Source of the DNA: Octopus sinensis
Lineage: Eukaryota
Assembly: GCF_006345805.1 (NCBI RefSeq)
Contig: NC_042997.1
Span: forward strand, 39,556,001-39,620,000
Direction of reading: 5' to 3'
Length of the DNA stretch: 64,000 bases
Positions 25,090 through 38,195 of this stretch are shown in pieces; the stretch's first letter is position 1, and each line of letters opens with the position of its first letter. The notes below the pieces were generated by a model. It saw nothing but the letters and a program-made list of their open reading frames with translations, searched no databases and had not been told where the DNA came from. Position numbers and translations under genes: made by a program.

Positions 25090-25320
25090 GGCGGCAAGCT
25101 GGCAGAAACGTTAGCGCACTAGGCGAAATGCTTAGTGGTATTTCGTTTGCTGTTACGTTCTGAGTTCAAATTCCGCCGAGGTCGACTTTGCCTTTCATCC
25201 TTTTGGAGTCGATAAATTAAGTACCAGTTATGCACTGGGGTCGATGTAATCGACTTAATCTATTTGTCTGTCCTTGTTTGTCCCCTCTATGTCTAGCTCC
25301 TTGTGGGCAATAAAGAAATA
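25090..25320 (+). mobile_element. SINE-B monomer inserted in a SINE-A remnant
   Basis: TSD AGAAGACTTGT(A/C)CAAGG at 25075-25091 and 25321-25337. Confidence 0.93.
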
Positions 25321-26388
25321 AGAAGACTTGTCCAAGGTGTCATACTGCGGGACTGATTCTGAAACTCTGTGACAAGGAAGTAAACTTCTCAACCACATTG
25401 CCCAAATTACAGGCACTGAAATTATACCAACATTAGATGTCATATTAATTATTTTAATAGAATGTTTCAAAATAACTTTTTTCAAAAATTCTTGTAAAAT
25501 GGAAGTCTTTTTTTCATGTTCTCTTTAATTTAATTTTTTGTTATTGAATATAGATATCTAAAGTTCTTTATCTTGTCTGCTCATGAATTATATCACTCTT
25601 ATATTTATAAATACATACATAAATATTTGAGAATATATGTTATAGAATTATGCATTATATAAAATATCAATAAGAATTTTGAGCTCGCAATGATGGATGG
25701 TCTTTATATTCTGATCTCTAATTAACTTTGGTGTATTACTATTCATTGTGGTAAATTGCCATGTCATAGAATTTCTTCTACTTATCATCAAAGCTGTTTC
25801 TTGATAATAAAAATCATTTGTAAACTGAAACTGAGTAAAATATCTGGCACTTTTAAAGTAATAACTTATGATTTCTTTTATAAAGTTCTCTAATGTTTTC
25901 ATTTTGACCTTTGATAGTGAATCTTTAAAGAATTTTAATATTTAATTTTAAGTAGTAATCTGTAATTTTTCAATTAATCAGGACTATTTTTATTTGATTT
26001 CATTATATGCTATGTTAAATTAAGTTGATTGTTTTCATTCAAAAATAAATGTTTATCAGTATGAATAAAAATAAACTTCCTCTATTGCTCTCTTTGTTTA
26101 GTATATAAGAAAAAATGTTTAACAATTATTGGGAGTACACAAGCACTTATACATACATAAAGTTCGTTATATAAATGTCTTCATGCACTTAGTTTTGAAT
26201 TTTAATTATGATTCAATAAAATTATTAATCAGTCTGAGAATAAAATAATAACAAAACAAAAATTAAATATAAATCTTATAGACCAGCTTCAAGTATTCTA
26301 AATGTTTCATTAAATACATTTTCAAATGATTGTTTCAAATTTGCAATTAATTTCCGTAATATTTACAAGCGTTTTCTAAAGAAATATA

Positions 26389-26800
26389 TAGGTGCAGGAG
26401 TGGCTGTGTGGTAAGTAGCTTGTCTACCAACCACATGGTTCCGGGTTCACTCTAACTTTATGTCACCTTGGGCAAGAGTCTTCTACTATAGCCCCGGGCC
26501 GACCAAAGCCTTGTGAGTGGATTTGGTAGATGGAAACTGAAAGAAGCCCGTCGTATATATGTATATATATATATATATGTGTGTGTGTGTTTTTGTGTCT
26601 GTGTTTGTCCCCTAGCATTGCTTGACAACCGATGCTGGTGTGTTTACGTCCCCGTCTCTTAGCGGTTCGGCAAAAGAGACCGATAGAATAAGTACTGGGC
26701 TTACAAAGAATAAGTCCCGGGGTCGAGTTGCTCGATTAAAGGTGGTGCTCCAGCATGGCCGCAGTCAAATGACTGAAACAAGTAAAAGATTAAAAGAGAG
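26389..26800 (+). mobile_element. SINE-A
   Basis: Full-length match to the family. Confidence 0.92.
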
Positions 26801-27247
26801 ATGTGATATTGTATTATACAGATAGTAGTTACTACACTGCTTTAGTTTTACTGCTACTGTGTTCTGAAATGATGGAATCTATGGCAGTAACAGCGAAGAT
26901 GATAGCAAAAATGATGTTTGGGAGTTAGCAAGTAAGAAGGAATTTTTTTGCACTGGTGATAAGAAAGGGCTACCAAGGCACAGATAAGTGATAACAAGGT
27001 AACAAGTTGGAAAATAACTTCAAGCTGACATTAACTCAGTCATATTAGTTATAGATACATGTGTTACTCTAATCTCAAAGCATATATAAGGTTAGTCAGG
27101 GTTTGCTAACGAGGTTATCAATATTTAATTCCATTTATGGAAAGAGGAGGTTGTGTGTACATACTCCATCTTTATCTTTCAGTCTCTCTCTCACGCACAC
27201 ATGCACTCACTAACACACACACGAATATATATATCAAAAACATATGC

Positions 27248-27682
27248 AGCCAGGAGTGGCTGTGTGGTAAGTAGCTTGCTAACCAACCACATGGTTCCGG
27301 GTTCAGTCCCACTGTGTGGCATCTTGGGCAAGTGTCTTCTGCTATAGCCCCGGGCCGACCAATGCCTTGTGAGTAGATTTGGTAGACGGAAACTGAAAGA
27401 AGCCTGTCATATATATGTATATATATATATGTATATATATATATATGTATGTGTGTGCGTGTATGTTTGTGTGTCTGTGTTTGTCCCCTAGTATTGCTTG
27501 ACAACCGATGCTGGTGTGTTTACGTCCCCGTCACTTAGCGGTTCGGCAAAAGAGACCGATAGAATAAGTACTGGGCTTACAAAAGAATAAGTCCCGGGGT
27601 TGATTTGCTCGACTAAAGGCGGTGCTCCAGCATGGCCGCAGTCAAAATGACTGAAACAAGTAAAAGAGTAAAAGAGTAAAAG
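27248..27682 (+). mobile_element. SINE-A
   Basis: Full-length match with (GTAAAAGA)n tail. Confidence 0.92.
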
Positions 27683-28309
27683 AAAACCAAAGTTGGCCCT
27701 CTATTATATGAACCCAGATACCTGTACATGAATATGCATAGATAAATATAAACATACATACAACCTCATATAGAGGAAGGGAAAGGAAGCTGGTTTGTTT
27801 ATATCTTTTCTGTTGGCATTAGTAACATGTGAAGTGATCCTAAATGACATCAGAATGTAGAACATAGATTTGGTTTGTTGACATCTTAACACTGTAGCAT
27901 GACGTCTGTTAAACATGTACACGTATATATAATCTCAAGCATGTGCAGCTTGAGATATGCAGGAAGGTCATCATCATTGTCATCATCGTCTCTGTTGTTG
28001 TCATCATCTGCTTTCCATATCAACATGGAAAATATGGGTTATCATGATCTTTGTCAGTTCTTATTTGGAGTTGCTGTTCTAGACTGGTTAGAGAATAGAT
28101 TGGATGCTGTTCCTGATGCCAACTACAAGCAGAGAGAGGTTATCATGTCCTTGTCCTTCACAAGACTAATGGAGCCTTTCTACTCTGTCATGTCCGTTCA
28201 TTCAACAACAAATTACAGAGTGTACTGGGTGCATTTTATTGTGGTGCCAGTTCTAGAGAGGTTGTCATGTCCACAGTATTCTTAAATAGTCCTATCTGCA
28301 TTATGTATG

Positions 28310-28670
28310 CTACACAGTTTCCAACTACCAAATTCACTCACAAGGCATTAATTGACCTGGGATATAGTAAAAGTGTCTTCTGCTTGACACTTGCTGAAGG
28401 TATCAATTAAATGGGACTGAATCCCAAACCATGCAGTTCAAAGTGAGCTTCCTAACCACACAGCCATCCTTGCATCTTGCCATGCCTGCATCTGATACAC
28501 ACACACACACGCATGGCAGGTTTCTTTCAGTTTCCATCAACCAAATCCACTCACAAGGCTTTGGTTGGCCCAAGGCTATAGTAGAAGACACTTGCCCAAG
28601 GTGCCACACAGTGAGACTGAAACTGGAACCATGTGGTTGGCAAGCAAGTCACTCACCACACAGCCACTGC
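28310..28670 (-). mobile_element. Two SINE-A head fragments
   Basis: Reverse-complement heads at ~28310-28470 and 28510-28670. Confidence 0.75.
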
Positions 28671-28685
28671 TACATATATATATTT

Positions 28686-28830
28686 TTTTGGAAGGTTGAT
28701 TGTTATGGCTGGTCAGAGAGTGACCACTGGTTTTGCTCCTATAAAGCGCTTAGCCTATATTGCTAAGTACTTTTTAGGTGCAAAACCAATGGTCATTCTC
28801 TGACTGGTCATATCAATCAAACTTCTAAAA
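28686..28830. repeat. Imperfect palindrome (69-bp arms, 7-nt loop)
   Basis: The arms align without gaps; 12 mismatches by manual count. Confidence 0.88.
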
Positions 28831-29412
28831 TATTTTACTGCTCTAATGTTTTAGAGTGTTCTTCTTTGGATATATGAACTACTGACGAAAAATGGAAGAA
28901 GTCTTTAACATTTTGAGCCTATAGATATAGTATGGTAGATGCTTACAAGAGTTAGAATCAGAGGAAAAGAGTGAAAGGTGGCTGTGTGCAGCATGGGAGA
29001 GACAGCAGAAAGAGCTTTTTTGTTTGTTATGGAGTAGGAGAGAGTAGCTGAACTGGAAGAAACCAAGAGGAGATGATGAGCAGTGATCTGGCTACCTCTG
29101 CTGACCCACCAATGGGAGGGTGTTATGGTTCTGGGTTGAAACACCCAATGATTGTTGCATATTGTCTGATGATATTAGCTCCTCCTGGCCAAAACTCCGT
29201 TCACTTTGGTGAGTAGAAAAGAAGCACCTTCTCGGCAGTACCAATAAAATAACATATATATAATATAGATATATATATCCATTATACCCATCTATGTATA
29301 TATATACATAGATGTGTAAACATATTTGTAGTAAATATATTATAGTATATATTGAGTATAATTATATATACATTATATCTAGCTTCCTCTATATATGCAT
29401 ATATATATATAT

Positions 29413-29462
<50 letters not shown>

Positions 29463-29769
29463 ACACACACACACACATAAAGTATATGTGTGTGTATGTA
29501 TAATCATTATCACCCTGGGTTAGACAGAATTTGGATGAAGTGGATTTTCTGCCTTTCTTGTCACCAACTCTCACCTACCAGATCCTGTGGAACCTTTCAA
29601 ACCATATCAATATGGAAAACAAACTTAAAATAATGAAGATATAGAGCTTAGTTTCAGTAGAATTTTTTTAATAAGCTACGAATATTGTTCCCTTTGACTC
29701 AGCGACTGGAAACAAAAGTCATTATCAAAATAATTTTATACATTTTACAATTAATATTACTTGATCTAA

Positions 29770-30197
29770 GGTGGAGAGCTGGCAGAAACGTTAGCACACC
29801 GGGCGAAGTGCTTAGCGGTATTTCGTCTGCCGTTACGTTCTGAGCGCAAATTCCGCCGAAGTTGACTTTGCTTTCATCCTTTTGGGGTCGATAAATTAAG
29901 TACCAGTTACGCACTGGGGTCAATGTAATCGACTTAATCTCTTTGTCTGTCCTTGTTTGTCTCCTCTATGTTTAGCTCCTTGTGGGCAATAAAGAATTAA
30001 GAAACATTTGCACATTGGGTGAAATGCTTAGTGTTATTTCGTCTGTCTTTACATTCTGAGTTCAAATTCCACTGAGGTCGACTATGCCTTTCATCCTTTT
30101 GGGGTCGATAAATTAAGTACCAGTTGTGTACTGGGGTCAATCTAATCGACTGGCCCCCTCTGCCCAAAATTTCAGGCCTTGTGCCGAGAGAAGAAAA
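29770..30197 (+). mobile_element. SINE-B dimer (young plus older unit)
   Basis: The second unit starts at AGAAAC near 30000; the pair is flanked by TSD AATATTACTTGA. Confidence 0.88.
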
Positions 30198-30846
30198 AAT
30201 ATTACTTGACCCCAAAAACACAGAATTTCAAATTTGAATGCTTTAGTTTTGTTTGTTTTACTTCTGCGTTGAAATCTTTGTCTTTCGGTCACCTGGGTTT
30301 CATAAACCGAAAGTAAGAAACTAGAACTGATTAAGTTAACTAAGTCTGTTTATCTATCCTTCATAAACATGATTATTATAAATGTTTATTTATGGTCCCT
30401 ATTTTTCTTAGCTGTGGGAAGCTGTCTATTTATAGGTCTAAGGAAAAACATGTTGCTAATCCTCTCTCAATCTTGTGCTATCTTGGTAGTGAGGACCTAT
30501 ATCTTCTGATCTGTCCTAACCACACCTTTCTGCTTTCCTTTTTACATCTTTTATTGATATAACAGGTGCTTCTTGCAAATGCATTGGCTAGATCCATCAA
30601 TGTCAGTCATTTGTTTGCCCTTTTGCACATCCAGTGAATCATTTTCTGTAGATTTTTTCAGTCAGTACTTATGTCTCAATACCTTGCTTTTTCACACTTC
30701 TTACACAAGCTACAAACAGATGGTTCTTTACAAGAACATAGACCCTTTATTGCTCGCAAATAGCACTTTGAACTTCACTTTTTTTTTTGCTCTGGTAACT
30801 ACATTTTCACTGTAGTATTAATTATGACAAACCATATATATATATA

Positions 30847-30878
<32 letters not shown>

Positions 30879-31283
30879 TAATATAAATGATATATATATA
30901 TATATATGCATATATACATACATATATATGCATACCTACATATATACGTATATATAGATGCGTATATGGGTACAGGACGTAAAAAAAACATGAAAAACAT
31001 GGAAAGTGAGAAATAAAAAAACAGCAAAAATATATACCTATACATACATAAATACACATATGCATATATATACATATACATATATACATACGTGCATATA
31101 TATTTACTACTATATATTTTTTAACTTGCCATTCTGTGTCTGTTTTTCGTTTGTGCATTTACTATATGGTTTTTAACTTTTAAGAACACACGTTTGAAAA
31201 GGTTATTAAAATCCTGATAAAAGATTTTTTTAAAATCCCCCTTATACTTAAAAACTGTACTAAGAAATTTTCACAAAGACTTT

Positions 31284-31315
<32 letters not shown>

Positions 31316-31318
<3 letters not shown>

Positions 31319-31475
31319 GGAGTGGATGGCGTTAGGAAGGGCATCCAGCTGTAAAATCACTGCCAGATCAGACTGGTGCCTGGTGCAGCCTCCTGGCTTC
31401 CCAGACCCCGGTTGAACCGTCCAACCCATGCTAGCACGGAAAGCGGACGTTAAACGATGATGATGATGATGATGA
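31316..31475 (+). mobile_element. Short RTE 3' end in (TA)n (duplicated at 32626-32786)
   Basis: Conserved terminus plus (GAT)n tail. Confidence 0.9.
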
Positions 31476-31496
31476 TATATATATATATATATATAC

Positions 31497-32035
31497 AGTT
31501 CAAATTTACAAAAAACAAAAGATGAACATGGGTGAAGGAACAACAAGATAGTGTATTAGTTTAACACTTGGGAAGAATGGAAAAGTTTTTGATGTTTCGA
31601 ACCTATGCTCTTCGACAGAAAGGATTGAGAGAAAAAAAAAATAGAGAGAGAAAAAAATGTGTAGGGATTAATGGTTCAATATGATGAAATGGCTGGAAAA
31701 AAGAGGCTGGTTGTTTAGTGTGAGCAAGGAAATCGTGGAGAAGGTGGTTTAAGTAGAGGATGAAGTGTAAGATGGAATTAGCAATGGGTGGTATGCAGGA
31801 AAAGAATGTGGAATAAGCAAGAGAGATAAGGCGGTTAAGGGTGCTTATTTTGGAGAGATTAGAACAAATGGTGGCATGCATGAGGTGGCAGGAAGTGGAG
31901 TGGAGGATGGGTAAGATGGTAAAAGCAGAATGAGAGGTAGGGTGCAAATGGAGGTGGAGACCTTTGGGGGATGAGTTTCTGATGAAAGTAGCAATTGAGA
32001 AAGGAACTGCGACTGGAGAAATGTGTTTTTTGAAA
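31497..32035 (-). mobile_element. Penelope-like remnant (duplicated at ~32806-33340)
   Basis: Hammerhead-like motif at 31592-31622. Frameshifted [20 protein letters not shown] resembles the FL..C....IPKGL N-terminal motif of Penelope-like ORFs. Embedded in (TA)n. Confidence 0.5.
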
Positions 32036-32128
32036 ATGAGTACATATACATATATGTATGTATGCACATATACATATACATACATGAATACATACATTCA
32101 TTTATATATATATATATTATATATATAT

Positions 32129-32172
<44 letters not shown>

Positions 32173-32594
32173 TACACACACACACACCACATAATATAAA
32201 TGATATATATATATATATATATATATGCATATATACATACATATATATGCATACCTACATATATACGTATATATAGATGCGTATATGGGTACAGGACGTA
32301 AAAAAAACATGAAAACATGGAAAGTGAGAAATAAAAAACAGCAAAAATATACACCTATACATACATAAATACACATATGCATACATATACATATATACAT
32401 ACGTGCATATATATTTACTACTATATATTTTTTAACTTGCCATTCTGTGTCTGTTTTTCGTTTGTGCATTTACTATATGGTTTTTAACTTTTAAGAACAC
32501 ACGTTTGAAAAGGTTATTAAAATCCTGATAAAAGATTTTTTTAAAATCCCCCTTATACTTAAAAACTGTACTAAGAAATTTTCACAAAGACTTT

Positions 32595-32629
<35 letters not shown>

Positions 32630-33404
32630 GGAGTGGATGGCGTTAGGAAGGGCATCCAGCTGTAAAATCACTGCCAGATCAGACTGGTGCCTGGTGCAGC
32701 CTCCTGGCTTCCCAGACCCCGGTTGAACCGTCCAACCCATGCTAGCACGGAAAGCGGACGTTAAACGATGATGATGATGATGATGATATTATATATATAT
32801 ATATACAGTTCAAATTTACAAAAAACAAAAGATGAACATGGGTGAAGGAACAACAAGATAGTGTATTAGTTTATTGGGAAGAATGGAAAAGTTTTTGATG
32901 TTTCGAACCTATGCTCTTCGACAGAAAGGATTGAGAGAAAAAAAAAATAGAGAGAGAAAAAAATGTGTAGGGATTAATGGTTCAATATGATGAAATGGCT
33001 GGAAAAAAGAGGCTGGTTGTTTAGTGTGAGCAAGGAAATCGTGGAAAGGTGGTTTAAGTAGAGGATGAAGTGTAAGATGGAATTAGCAATGGGCGGTATG
33101 CAGGAAAAGAATGTGGAATAAGCAAGAGAGATAAGGCGGTTAAGGGTGCTTATTTTGGAGAGATTAGAACAAATGGTGGCATGCATGAGGTGGCAGGAAG
33201 TGGAGTGGAGGATGGGTAAGATGGTAAAAGCAGAATGAGAGGTAGGGTGCAAATGGAGGTGGAGACCTTTGGGGGATGAGTTTCTGATGAAAGTAGCAAT
33301 TGAGAAAGGAACTGCGACTGGAGAAATGTGTTTTTTGAAAATGAGTACATATACATATATGTATGTATGCACATATACATATACATACATGAATACATAC
33401 ATTC

Positions 33405-33473
<69 letters not shown>

Positions 33474-33974
33474 TACACACACACACACCACATTAATTTA
33501 TTATAACAAACATATTACACACTTGATCGCTGTCAAAATGAAACATTGTTTGTTCCTGAGTATGTCTAGGCATTTTGAAATTTCATTTGTTCACTAGATA
33601 ATGAATTTTCTGTCTTGTCTCTGAATGTTCTGTTTTATAACTCATGCTCTTGTAATATTTGTATGTAGGTCTCCCTTTTCATATCTTAATATAGTGGATA
33701 TTGCATAATGACATATAAATTATTTAAATTCGTGATAAAATCACCTGGTTGTAAGGAATTTAATTATTAATATTTGAAAATGCCAATGATTTTAAGAAGG
33801 ATGCAGTGTAGCTGCTTGACAATAGGGATGATTAACTGAAGCTATAAACAGTACAGGGCTCATAAAATTTGATGAATTTTTAAGAAGAATGGTTGAGTAT
33901 ATTTAAATCTTTTAGTTACTTATTTCTATGTAAAGTTGCATGAAATTCAGTATTTGAGAGAAATATATATTTAA

Positions 33975-34195
33975 CCCTTTTGTTACCAACCTGGCTGAAA
34001 CCTGCTCTGGCTTTGTAGTACAAATGTCTTGTTTTCATAAGTTTTGAATTAAAATCATCCACCAAACCTTAGTCACGATTTATGTTCCTAACACTAGCTT
34101 AATGATAACGAAGTTATTTTACTAAATTCTCTGTTATATTTAAAGTAATTGAAAGAAACACAGAGCATCTCAAAAGAAATACAGTAACGAAAGGG
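33975..34195. mobile_element. TTAA MITE (same family as 5407-5625)
   Basis: TIRs CCCTTTTGTTAC / GTAACGAAAGGG; TTAA on the left, CTAA on the right. Confidence 0.92.
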
Positions 34196-34502
34196 CTAAG
34201 AGAAAGTACCCAAGAGAAAAATTATAACTGATTATAATTTACACCATAGGGATAGAAATAAAGCAAAATGTGGATTCAGTATTTTGAATGAGGTCTTGAC
34301 ACATTCAGAAATTCAAAAATCACAAAACTGTTCTATTAACAGCTAAAGAACTAAATGAAAGTGGTAACTAGTTAAGATATAATCATTGAAAGTTATTGCT
34401 GATCAAGTTGATTAAGCATATAACAATGGTAAATAATTCGGAGATGATTTTAAACAAGACATAATCTAGTTGTTGATTAATTACTGAGTATATTTCAAAT
34501 AT

Positions 34503-34891
34503 TGTGGAGGCGCAATGGCCCAGTGGTTAGGGCAGCGGACTCACGGTCGTAGGATCGCAGTTTCAATTCCCAGACCAGGCGTTGTGAGTGTTTATTGAGC
34601 GGAAACACCTAAAAGCTCCACGAGGCTCCGGCAGGGATGGTGGTGATCCCTGCTGTACTCTTTCACCACAACTTTCTCTCACTCTTACTTCCTGTTTCTG
34701 TTGTACCTGTATTTCAAAGGGCCGGCCTTGTCACTCTCTGTGTCACGCTGAATATCCCCGAGAACTACGTTAAAGGTACACGTGTCTGTGGAGTGCTCAG
34801 CCACTTACACGTTAACTTCATGAGCAGGCTGTTCCGTTGATCGGATCAACCGGAATCCTCGTCGTTGGAACCGACGGAGTGCTTCCATTCC
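34503..34891 (+). mobile_element. tRNA-derived SINE family C
   Basis: A box TGGCCCAGTGG, B box GTTTCAATTCC, (TTCCA)n tail; 11-bp TSD ATTTCAAATAT at 34492-34502 and 34892-34902. Confidence 0.88.
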
Positions 34892-35010
34892 ATTTCAAAT
34901 ATGTTTTATTCATGTCAGAGGACTGAAAATTTAAACCAACCTATGCAACATTCAACCAGGAATGTAGCAATAAACTGCTAATGAAAGTTTCACAGTTAAA
35001 CATTTTTGAT

Positions 35011-35277
35011 CAGAGGTTCTCAACCCGGGTTCACATGACCTTGGGGTTTTATAAATCTTGGGGATCCATAAAAAGTTTTGCTGCTAAAGCTTATGCAATA
35101 AATTGGTTATACTTCAACAATACACAAAATGCTTTAATTTCTGATACATTCCTATTAGTATTTAATTATAAATATATATAGTGGGAGTTCTTAAAACAAC
35201 AAATGGCTATGGAAGTCCAGTAAAGTAAAATAGGAATGAAAAGGGTCCATATGTAAAAAAATGGCTGAGAACCCTTA
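35011..35277. mobile_element. hAT (Charlie-like) MITE
   Basis: TIR CAGAGGTTCTCAACC / GGCTGAGAACCCTTA; degenerate 8-bp TSD; related to 49728-50005. Confidence 0.72.
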
Positions 35278-37739
35278 GTTTAGATTTGAATTCTATTGCT
35301 AAACATATCTGATGATAAGCGTAGTTTCGAATTAAATTGCATCCTATTCTTTGGTTGTTTTTTCTACCTGTAATTACCCTGTTTATATAGTTCAAAGTGC
35401 TCAGAATATGTAATTCTCGCTGACACAAAGGAAGATCTGGTTATTGTCAAAGTAGCTTTAGCAGTGGAAGTATTTTGTTGATTTTTAAACTGAAGGTTGA
35501 TAGGGACAATCTCCAACCCAGCCAGATTTATGCAAACAGTCCAATGACATGGAGGTTTTCAGTAAAAGATTATGAGCAATATTTCAGTCTTGCACCCTTG
35601 ACATACCTTACTTCAATCTGGTTTGGAATCGGTGTAGTGATTAGTCAACTATAGTGCAGTATAGTAGCTAAGAAATATAATGACTATTTATGCTTGTCTA
35701 TGATCACATACGATCTATACTTCTGATAGTGGCTTACAGTGGAGATACAATAGCACTGTATTTTAGAACCTAAAGCTTAATTTTAAATATTTTGTTAATG
35801 ATGCATAATTATAGTACATTCTTTCTGGGTGCAGCCTGTAATTTTGAGGACTGTAGTGAGTCACTGCCTTATCACACAGTAAAATATTTATATCATAGAA
35901 ATATTGTAGAAATACAGTAAAATAAGTATATTTGAGACCTGTAGAAAGCCTTCAGAATGAGAACCATTAAATGATGGTAAACTTGTCGCAAACTTTATTT
36001 CTTGTTGAAGTATTTCATTTCATTTTTCTTTGTAGTTATGACTTCTAACCATTCTTAGAAACCTGAAAAGCTGGGGCTTTCTTAGGTTATCTTGCTGTCA
36101 GTGTACTTTAGAGATGAAAATAGATTACTTTGGTCGGGACATAACTGGCAAGAGACTTATATTTTAGAAATTTAATGACTGCTAAGTATACCTTGAAACA
36201 AGAGAACATATTCAATTTTTGTGTGTATGTATAAACATACATATTTGTGGGCAAATACTTTTCAGATTAACCTTACCTTCATCTCTTATATACTGGGTTT
36301 CATTCAATTTACAAAACTTATCTCCTGTGTTAACATAGGAGATTATGAACAGCATAAGAGCATCATTCAATATCTTCTGAGCTCACCTAAAGTCTGATGC
36401 CTTGTATCTTCGTAAAATGTTCTCATTATGCCACCGTTCCTTGGAAAATCCTGCAGTGTCACAATAATCTATTCCTACTCTTGAAAGGATGCTGTTTTCA
36501 TGAAGAAAGAAACAGTTTTTTTATAGTATCAAGTTCACTGAATAACGAATAGGCAGAATTGATTGCACATCAGGTAAAATAACGAGTGGTATTTAAATGT
36601 ATCCCTTTATGTTCTTAATCAAAATGCCGCCAAGTTCAGCTTTGCTTTTTATGTGCTGAGTCAAGGTAATTATCAGTTCTTTTCTGTAATGGATAGGAAA
36701 GTTTTTCAAACTTTCATTCTGACATCCCAGGTGTGTCTGATAGAGATTACAGGAACACGACAACCAAAGGGAATTGTCTTAATAAGAAAAACAAGAGAAG
36801 TCAATAGTTTTGAATATTATGTCTCTCCCTAGGGAGGAATGGTTAGAAGATTCAGGTCAAGGATAATACTGATTAATTACAAATAGGAAAAGTGAGTAGA
36901 CATAACTTCAAATTAACACTAGATGCTGGCTATTTTGAGAGAGAGAGGAGGTAGGGGACTATAACATTAATAACAGCCGGAAATTCCTTAGGAACAACCT
37001 GCTTGGAATTCTGTTGATGGTGTTAAACTCTGACTACAGAGAAAGAATATGGTGGTAGAATCAAGAAACAGCTTATCTATAGGAACCAATAGATATAGAA
37101 AGAATGTAAAATAGTTGAATAGCAAATTGTTGTGGAGCAAAGTGAAATATCAGGAAGCATGGTGAGAAGTAAAAAGGCAGGTATACATAACGAGGAAAAA
37201 TAACTGAGAAGAAGAGTTTGGTTAATGTTTCATTCTGTTAGGTAGAGAGGTACGAAGTATTCTGAATTATGAGGCTTCTGTTTATATGTTGCTGGGTATC
37301 ATTGACACAAAATATGTCTGAAGAATATTGATTCTGAATACAGCAAAGGTGAGTAGAAAGAGGTTTAACTATATTGGAAGGAGGAATTGTTGAATGAAGA
37401 ATATGAATGGTATTGTGAAAACCTACTCAAGTGGAATCAATAGAACTGCCATGCAAAGGAGTAGGCTTGGCAGGAATTAAAAACAAAGGTAAGGAAGCTG
37501 CATTAAGTCCACATGAAGTAGTTGCTGAGATGTTGGCAGCATCAAGCTACATGTGTTACTATGCCACTTAATTAATCAGGTAGTGTAGGAAAATGTTTAT
37601 TCTCAATGACTGAGGTAGTGTAATATTCATAATCTGTTAGTAGAATGAAGAAAGATGAATTAGAATTACAAAAGCTTCAAGTTGATGATTCAAAGTGAGA
37701 GAATAATCGTGAGTCATTTGGAAATGAGTAAAGGCTAAG

Positions 37740-38195
37740 ATTTGTTTGGATAAGATATATTTTGAGTTTTACCAGAATGTGAAAATTTGGATGCTTTATT
37801 TCTTGTGAGACAGTTGCCAGGGAAGCTGTTGGCTAAGAAGAAACAACTTTATTTAGCATTCAATATGGAGACAGTCATTCATAGGGAGCCACATCTCTAT
37901 AATTTGGTGGTCCCTGAGAAGGCTTGGTATTGATAAATGGTGGCGAGCTGGCAGAATCATTAGCACACCGGGCGAAATGCTTAGTGGTATTTCGTCTGCC
38001 GTTACGTTCTGGGTTCAAATTCCGCCAAGGTCGACTTTGCCTTTCATCCTTTCTGGGTCGATTAAATAAGTACCAGTTACACACTGGGGTCGATATAATT
38101 GACTTAGTCCGTTTGTCTGTCCTTGTTTATCCTCTCTGTGTTTAGCCCCTTGTGGGTAGTAAAGAAATAGGTATTGATAAATGGCTTGTTAGATT
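37740..38195 (+). pseudogene. Old RTE RT fragment interrupted by a SINE-B
   Basis: DALFLVRQL..KLLAKKKQLYLAF and IIWWSLRRLGIDKWLVR. Confidence 0.8.
37939..38169 (+). mobile_element. SINE-B monomer
   Basis: TSD GGTATTGATAAATGG at 37926-37940 and 38170-38184. Confidence 0.94.

Larger units (their letters stand above)
30835..33492. repeat. ~1.31-kb tandem duplication
   Basis: 30961 matches 32280, 31321 matches 32632 and 32041 matches 33346; junctions lie in (TA)n(CA)n tracts. Confidence 0.96.

Noticed and set aside
29160-29200. CTGATGA..CAAAAC hammerhead candidate (similar case at ~45520-45550)
   Set aside because: GAAA is not intact and the stems are weak, so it is too degenerate to call.
34506-34580. 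tRNA gene
   Set aside because: A and B boxes are present but there is no proper acceptor stem; it is the head of a TSD-flanked SINE.
36339-36397. Plus-strand terminal exon GDYEQHKSIIQYLLSSPKV*
   Set aside because: Weak acceptor, and no compatible upstream exon or recognisable homology.
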